The notes beneath the pieces were generated by a model. The model was not told the origin of the DNA, did not search any database, and worked only from the letters and a program-made list of their open reading frames with translations. A stretch of 64,000 bases of DNA, from positions 7,874,001 through 7,938,000 of the forward strand of contig OX597838.1 of the NCBI GenBank assembly GCA_951406725.2. The letters are read 5' to 3'. This stretch comes from Octopus vulgaris (lineage: Eukaryota). Both the position numbers and the translations under genes were made by a program. Below are positions 56,613 through 64,000 of this stretch, in pieces. Numbering within the stretch: position 1 is the first letter of the stretch; the number at the start of each line of letters is the position of its first letter.

Positions 56613-56884
56613 AAAAGAACGGAATCTGTAATTCAGATCTTCATATGAAGGTTCCAATATTTTCGTAACTCTATTCCAATTTTTTTTAAATAGTCTCGAA
56701 TTATTTGCATTAGACACGTTATGGATCTCTTTACCATATTCCATCCGGAATACTTTGGTCGAAGGGAAATGGGTGATAGGTACCAGTGCCGTTATTGTGC
56801 AGCAGGATCGAACCTGGATGAATGGATGACGAGGCGAACTTCTTGACCAGTAAGTCTCGTATGACGCCTAAGCGATAGGGAAGA

Positions 56885-57315
56885 CTACGACGGCGAAGAC
56901 GACAGCGTTGACGACGGCGATGACGATGATGGTGATGATGAAGACGACGACGACAACGATGTTGATGATGGTCATCATCATCACGATGATGATGATATTG
57001 ATGATGATGGTGATGATGATGTTGATGATGACGATGATGACAACGACGATGACGACTGCGACGTCGATGATGATGATGATTATGACAATGATGATGACGA
57101 TAATGATGATGACAAAGATGATGGTGGTGGTGGTGGTGGTGGTGGTGGTGGTGGTAGTGGTCGTCGTCGTCGTGCTCGTGGTGATGGTCATCATCGTTGC
57201 TCTCAACGACGACGACGACGATGACAATACTGACGGGAACGACTACTACTACTACTAATAATAATAATAATAATAATAACAATAACACCGCTGCTGCTGC
57301 TGCTGCTGCTGCTGT
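56885..57315. repeat. GAC/GAT/GGT/AAT/GCT compound triplet tract
   Basis: Directly visible. Confidence 0.9.
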
Positions 57316-57714
57316 GTAGGACATTCTCTCAGAACTTGATTGTATTCTGTTAACGATTGGAACGAATTAAAAACCGAAATAAGCATAAATCTTAATTTGG
57401 TCTCAAGCAAAGTAAAGAATTGCGCTGTTCTTTTCCCCCCTTGTGATTTCTTATCTAAATGAGTGTCTGTTGGTCTTGGAAAGAGCATCACAGACGTGGA
57501 AATTTGCTTTGTTCTTTCAATGGCCTTTAACGGCTTTCTGTCGGCTCTTTTTATTGACTCCACTAAACCAGTGGCACCAAAGGCCTTCTTTTCAGGACTT
57601 TTCTTCCAAAGTGATTTACGACGGAAATAATGCGATATCTTAGCGCTAACACAACACCGTTCTGCTGGTGTATTCGGCTGTTTTTATTACTTTTATTATT
57701 GCAAATAAATGGAA

Positions 57715-57715
<1 letters not shown>

Positions 57716-57791
<76 letters not shown>

Positions 57792-57795
57792 GTTA

Positions 57796-57833
<38 letters not shown>

Positions 57834-57837
57834 GTTA

Positions 57838-57887
<50 letters not shown>

Positions 57888-57891
57888 GTTA

Positions 57892-57928
<37 letters not shown>

Positions 57929-57951
57929 CATCATCATTATTATTATTATTA

Positions 57952-57982
<31 letters not shown>

Positions 57983-58104
57983 GATCATTAATATTATTTT
58001 TATTATTATTATGATCATTGTTGTTATTATTTTTATTATTACCATCATCATCATCATCATCATTATTTTTATTATAATTATTATTATTATTATTATTATT
58101 ATTC
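57716..58104. repeat. (ATT)n array abutting a Dong-type 3' end
   Basis: Directly visible. Confidence 0.95.
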
Positions 58105-59835
58105 AGTAGTTTTATTTTTATTTTTATAGCGTGCTTTCACTTCACTACCGAGCACAGCTCTGTGTGCCTTGGGTATGTGCTGTGATTTGTTGTGATGCTC
58201 TGATGGTTATTGTATGGAAAGTGTTCTGCGTAGGATGTGTGCAGTGCCCAGTAGTGCAATTTTCTGTATGTTATATGTGTTTGTAAGTCCTGGTGTTTTT
58301 GTTATGTATTTGTCTGAATATTTTTTTATCATGCCTAATGCACCTACTATGATAGGAATTGTTTCTGTTTTCAGATTCCACATTCTAGTTACCTCTATTT
58401 CCAGGTCTTTGTATTTTGAGAGTTTCTCCATTTCTTTTAGAGACACGTTGTCATCTGCCGGTACTGATACATCAATTAGAAAGCATTTTTTTCTTCATGG
58501 TCTCTGACAACTATATCTGGTCTGTTGGCCTTAATTTCTCTATCTGTGTGTATCGGCATATCCCAGAGTATGGTTGCTTTCTCGTTTTCTGTGACCTTTT
58601 CTGGTGTGTGCCTATACCATCTTTTTTCTGTTGTTATTCCATAATGTTGGCATAGCTTCCAATGTATGTAAGTTCCAACTCTGTCATGTCTGTGAATATA
58701 TTCCTTCTTAGCCAGGACTGGGCAGCTAGAGATAATATGATTTATTGTTTCTTGTCCATCTCCACATATTCTGCAGTTACTTGTAATATTTCTTTTCATT
58801 ACATGTTTTTGGTAATTTCTGGTGGGGAGGCTTTGGTCTTGTGCTGCAATTAAAAATCCCTCTGTTTCTGCTTTGAGTCCTGAGCTTCTCAACCATTGCT
58901 GGGATTTTTCTTTGTCTATTTCTTTTGCGTTTAGTTTAGTCCAGTATTTACCATGAAGGGGCTTTTCTTGCCATCGTTTTATCATGGTTCTTTGCTGTTC
59001 TATTTTTAGTTTGGATTTCATTTTTTTTATAGCTTTTGTTGTTTCTTCATCTTCTTCTTCTTCTTCATGTTTATTAGGTGGTATGATTTCTTGTTTGTAT
59101 TTGTCAGCTTCCTTAAATACTGAGAACAGTTTTTTGTTTTGCTCGTGTTTTGCCGCTATCTGGATCAGTTTTCCTTCCTTCTGAAGTAGATATTTTTGCA
59201 GTCCTATGGTGGTTATTTTATAGTAGTTTTCCAGCTGTATAAGGCCTCTACCACCTTCTATACGTTGTATATATAGTCTTTCTATGTCAGATTTTGGGTG
59301 ATGCATCCTAGATCCTGTCATTATTTTTCTTGTTTTCCTGTCTATTTTGGTCAGTTCATTTCGTGTCCAGTTAAGGATATTGTAGCTGTAACTTATAACT
59401 GGGACAGCTAAAGTGTTGATACCTATTATCTTGTTTTTAGCATTGAGCTCTGTGTTTAGTATTGATCTAACTCGTCTATAATATTCTTTTTTTATTTTCT
59501 CTTTCATTTGTGTGTGTTGTGTCTTATCTAGTTCATGGATTCCTAAGTATTTGTAAGTTTGGCTTTGGTCTAATTCTTTTATTTCATTTGCTTCATCTAG
59601 TGTGATGTTGTTACTCTTAACTAGTTTTCCTCTTTTCATGGTTACTTTGGCGCATTTTTCTAATCCAAATTTCATATCTATTTCTTTGGTAAATCCATGA
59701 ACTGTCTTTAATAGTGTTTCCAGCTGTTTGTCATTTGCAGCGTATAGTTTTAGGTCATCCATATATAAAAGGTGGCTGATCGTTTGGCCGTAACATTTAT
59801 ATCCGCATCCAGTTCTATTTAGCATATCAGATAGA
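58105..59835 (-). mobile_element. 5'-truncated R4/Dong-type RLE non-LTR retrotransposon (subfamily 1)
   Basis: Coding region 58207-59825 plus a ~100-bp 3' UTR; (TAA)n-type arrays at both ends. Confidence 0.93.
58207..59825 (-). pseudogene. Reverse transcriptase C-half, CCHC knuckle and restriction-like endonuclease; one frameshift near 58490
   Basis: HLLYMDDLKLY, FGLEKC, YKYLGI, GGRGL, CRICGDGQETINHIISSC, RHD, RPDIVV, then IDVSVPAD...KLSKYKDL...PIIVGALG in the next frame. Confidence 0.93.
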
Positions 59836-59852
59836 GGTGACAGTGCTAAGCA

Positions 59853-60013
<161 letters not shown>

Positions 60014-60022
60014 TTAGTAGGA

Positions 60023-60456
60023 TATTGCCTTTGCACAGCTTCTACTGTTGGAGATGGACTACGGTGTCAGCTGTTCACTACCAGTGAACTAACACCTCTT
60101 ATTTTTTGAGAACCATCCAGAATATTCGAGCGGTTCCAAGCAGTGCTGTTTTCTGCAAGTTTTCCACCCTTATTGCAGACCCTATTTGTTCCTTGTACTT
60201 CTCAAGATTTTTATTCAGTGTTCCCAGGGCTCCGACAATTACTGGTACTACTGCTACCTTTTTAATTGACCACAACTGCTTAACTTCCCAAGCTAACCTG
60301 TCATATCTCTCGACTTTTCTTTCTTCCTTATCGCATACCTTGTCAGCTGGGCATTCTATATCTATGATCCAGCATAGTTTGTTTACTTTCTCAATTAAGA
60401 CTATGTCTGGCTTCCTACTCTCTATCTCATGGTCACACTGAATCATAAAATCCCAG
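60023..60456 (-). mobile_element. Dong-type subfamily 3, RLE domain and 3' UTR
   Basis: WDFMIQCDHEIESRKPDIVLI...IIDIECP...KVERY..L...W...VPVIVGALG...LQKTALLGTARI. Confidence 0.9.
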
Positions 60457-60632
60457 GGGAGCTGGCAGAATCGTTAGCACGCCGGGCAAAATGCTTAGCG
60501 TTTTGAGTTCAAATTCCGCCGATGTCGATTTTGCCTTTCATCCTTTCGAGGTCGATAAAATAAGTACCAGGTGCACACCAGTTGACTAGTGGTATCGATG
60601 TAAACAACTATCCCCGTCCCCCGAAATTGCTG
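60456..60632 (+). mobile_element. SINE family C
   Basis: GAGCTGGCAGAATCGTTAGCACGCCGGG...GCCTTTCATCCTTTCGAGGTCGATAAAATAAGTACCAG. Confidence 0.8.
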
Positions 60633-60633
60633 A

Positions 60634-60825
60634 CCGAAGGCGGAGGTATTGTTTTTGGTGGCGTGTGTCTGTTTGTTTGGTTATCTTTGGACAAGATATC
60701 TCAAGAATCACTGGATGGATCCGAATGAAACTTTCAACGATTTTCGGCCTTGTGATTAGCACAAAGTGATTAAATTTTGGAATCGATCCGGCACGGAACA
60801 AGGATTCTGGATTATTTTTTGCTAC
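60634..60825 (+). mobile_element. Possible Helentron-associated (DINE-1/HINE-like) element, 5' part
   Basis: CCGAAGGCGGAGGTATTGTTTT then GTCTGTTTGTTT and CTGGATGGATCCGAATGAAACTT, a layout recalled from HINE-type elements; not verified. Confidence 0.45.
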
Positions 60826-60853
60826 ATTTTGAAATGTATATATATATATATAT

Positions 60854-61162
60854 ATCAAAATGAGCAACAAGGATATCCAAGGTAGTGTAGTACAATCATT
60901 TCGTGCTACTTAATTTAATTAAACAATGTAAGTATTACATCTGTTTTAAAATGTAGAGCACTCTTCAGCCACATGTAGAAGTTTTTAATTAAATAGACAA
61001 TGTTCATTTTTATACTTATTCAATTTGCCAACATTACAAAGAGGGTAGTTATATAGACAGAGGGGTTAATTTCATCATTAATACTTACATTGTTTAATTA
61101 AATGAAGTATCATGAAATGATTGTACTACACTACCTTGGATATCCTTGTTGCTTATTTTGAT
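60854..61162. mobile_element. ~85-bp-arm inverted repeat, possibly inverted PLE pseudo-LTR
   Basis: CAACAAGGATATCCAAGGTAGTGTAGTACAATCATTTC and its exact reverse complement; internal CTGAAGA on the minus strand; follows (TA)n. Confidence 0.55.
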
Positions 61163-61506
61163 TATAATCACCCCATTTGATTTATACGGATAATACCATA
61201 GCAAATTCTGGTGCCTTTAACTTAAGTACCATATTCATCTGAACCTAAATTTTGCTGAACATATATATATTTTATGTATGTATATATGTATGGATATATG
61301 TATATGTATATATGTGTGTATGTGTGTATGCATGTGATTATATAGAGATAGATGTGTGTGTGTGTGTGTGCGTGCGTACCTTCTTCTGTGTGTATATGTA
61401 TTCACATAACAAAACTTCTCTGGATACGAATGCGTGCATTTAATCACCAAATATATCTTTTATCTATCTTCGTGATTGCACATGTATATAACGACTTCAT
61501 ACGTGG

Positions 61507-61546
<40 letters not shown>

Positions 61547-61767
61547 GTATATAAATGTGTGTGCGTAATATATTAGATATACCTATAAAAACTATCAGTG
61601 TCTCTGTAAGTGTTTATGCATCGTAGCAATCTCTAATCAAACAAACATCACCATAAACCACACATTCACTCGCTACACACAATTTTTTTCATCTTATTTT
61701 TTAAAAATATTTCCGGTAATAAAAGCATAAACTCCCAGTTTTGGGGAGGTAGGGGAGGTTCTTTCCA

Positions 61768-61804
<37 letters not shown>

Positions 61805-61870
61805 AGTTGTGTGTTATGAAACACTTCAATCTACTGTTTATATTAATTATATATATATAAAGATAAATGG

Positions 61871-61930
<60 letters not shown>

Positions 61931-62026
61931 GTGTATATACATGTATATATACATGTGTGTGTGTTTGTGTGTCTGTCTGTAATATATATGTATAATAATT
62001 ATACGTATATACGTATATGCATAATA

Positions 62027-62227
62027 TACTCTTTTACTTGTTTCAGTCATTTGACTGTAGCCATGCTGGAGCACCGCCTTTACCCGAGCAAATCGACCCC
62101 AGGACTTATTCTTTGTAAGCCCAGTACTTATTCTATCGGGCTCTTTTGCCAAACCGCTGAGTTACAGTGACGTAAACACACCAGCATCGAAGGTTAAGCG
62201 ATGTTGGGGGACTAACACAGACACACA

Positions 62228-62309
<82 letters not shown>

Positions 62310-62467
62310 GACGGGATTCTTTCAGTTTCCGTCTACCAAATCCACTCACAAGGCATTGGTCGGTCCCGGGGCTATAGCAGAAGACACTTGCCCAAGATGC
62401 CACGCAGTGGGACTGAACCCGGAACCATGTGGTTGGTAAACAAGCTACTTACCACACAGCCACTCCT
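62027..62467 (-). mobile_element. SINE family B
   Basis: Colinear with 21260-21681; long internal (TA)n. Confidence 0.9.
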
Positions 62468-62784
62468 ATTCTTACCATATCTGTTTCAAAACACTGATTT
62501 TATTTTAATTTATTTTGGAAAATAATACAGCACTTTTGTCATTATAAAGCTGATATTTACACCATACATCAACACGAAATTCCGAATCTATGTTTTAAGT
62601 TTAACTCTTTTGTAACCATATGTCTCAAAATATTTTGAAATTAATAAAGAATTTAATGATATACATATACAACCTAACGTTTACACCACACATTAATTTT
62701 GATCACGCTAACACTTTTGTTACCATATTTTTTTGTTTCAATTAATCTTGAAATTAATAAACAACTCAATGATATAAAGTTTTC

Positions 62785-62837
<53 letters not shown>

Positions 62838-62854
62838 TTCACAGTGAACGTACA

Positions 62855-63204
62855 AGCCACCTCGGACACTCGGCAAAGAGCACCCTCGGAGGAACCGTGA
62901 GGGCCGAAACGACCGGTAGGACTGCCTGTGTGGCACCCGTGCCGGGGGCACGTAAAAAGCACCATCCGAACGTGGCCGATGCCAGCACCCCCTGACTGGC
63001 TCCTGTGCCGGTGGCACGTACAAAGCACCCGCTGCACTCTCGGAGTGGTTGGCGTTAGGAAGGGCATCCAGCTGTAGAAACATTGCCAGATCAGATTGGA
63101 GCCTAATGCATTCTCCTGGCTTTCCAGATCTCAGTCACAACCGTCCAAAACCCATACCAGCATGGAAAACGAACGTTAAATGATGATGATGCTGATGCTG
63201 CTAC

Positions 63205-63235
<31 letters not shown>

Positions 63236-63236
63236 A
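62855..63236 (+). mobile_element. SINE family D with RTE-like tail and (GAT)n
   Basis: GC-rich body, GGCGTTAGGAAGGGCATCCAGCTGTAGAAAC, tail CCAGCATGGAAAACGAACGTTAAATGATGATGAT. Confidence 0.7.
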
Positions 63237-63240
63237 TAGT

Positions 63241-63272
<32 letters not shown>

Positions 63273-63362
63273 AGAGTAAACACATAAATGTGAAGCAAGG
63301 TGGAAAAAGTAGTACTCGAATACCGGAGGAATAGGCTTTATTAATGTGTGTGGTGTATGTGT

Positions 63363-63417
<55 letters not shown>

Positions 63418-64000
63418 CGTGCGTGCGTGCATGTGTGTGTGCGTGTGCGTAAAACTAATATTTGCACCATCATTTAACAGGAAATTTCCGTGGAAACATT
63501 TTTTTTTTTTTTTTAAATCAGATCACTTTTAAAATCAAAATTCCTATCAAAGGAAACTAATAGCGGTCTCAGATGGGTTGGTATGAAAAGAGTTTTAACC
63601 CTTCCGATGGCCCCCTGGCTCCGTCGTTACACAACCGATATCACTTTAGCCATTTGACCTCTACAGAATCAAGAGCTAACACTTACGGCTCTCGCTTTTT
63701 CCCCCCAATTCTAACAGCACAGTGCCAAAACTTAAAAAATCGATCGACGCAGTCTATATGTCAGACAGTTTCTTTCACTCAGAATCAATCTCGGCGAGTA
63801 AATATAGGTTTTGTTGATTTACTTATTCTTCTATTTGCTTTCTCAACAATATTAATCTTTCGGACTAAAACTGCCTTTTGTTTGTTAGCCTGCATTTGAT
63901 TTGGTTTTTCAGCTTTTTAAATTTATTTTCACGTTATACATACATACATACATACACACACACATACTCACATACATACATACATACATACATATACGTA

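Noticed and set aside
62470-62790. Three degenerate TTAAC.CTTTTGT.ACCATA units, possibly piggyBac-like ends
   Set aside because: No matching opposite terminus or TSD could be identified by eye.

Overview
AT-rich eukaryotic DNA saturated with microsatellites and transposon remnants. The SINE families and repeat landscape suggest an octopus (cephalopod) genome; that is an inference. I found no credible host protein-coding gene, so this is probably intergenic or a long intron, and almost all listed ORFs are microsatellite translation artefacts. Real coding remnants are all mobile: several R4/Dong-type RLE non-LTR retrotransposon 3' fragments (longest 58107-59835), four RTE-group LINE 3' ends, a CR1-group LINE 3' end, a Penelope-like GIY-YIG fragment and mariner fragments in fold-back MITEs. 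At least four SINE families (my labels A-D), a non-autonomous Helitron and other MITEs are also present. Most notable: (1) Dong-type elements from at least three subfamilies, mostly co-oriented and lined up in (TAA)n arrays; (2) a ~590-bp near-perfect palindrome with a Penelope-type hammerhead ribozyme core on each strand, plus degenerate relatives; (3) a SINE tail and a CR1-like LINE tail that share a two-hairpin structure with compensatory base changes; (4) a 112-bp-period array of six SINE Pol III heads. None of this proves a new biological system; these are testable leads.
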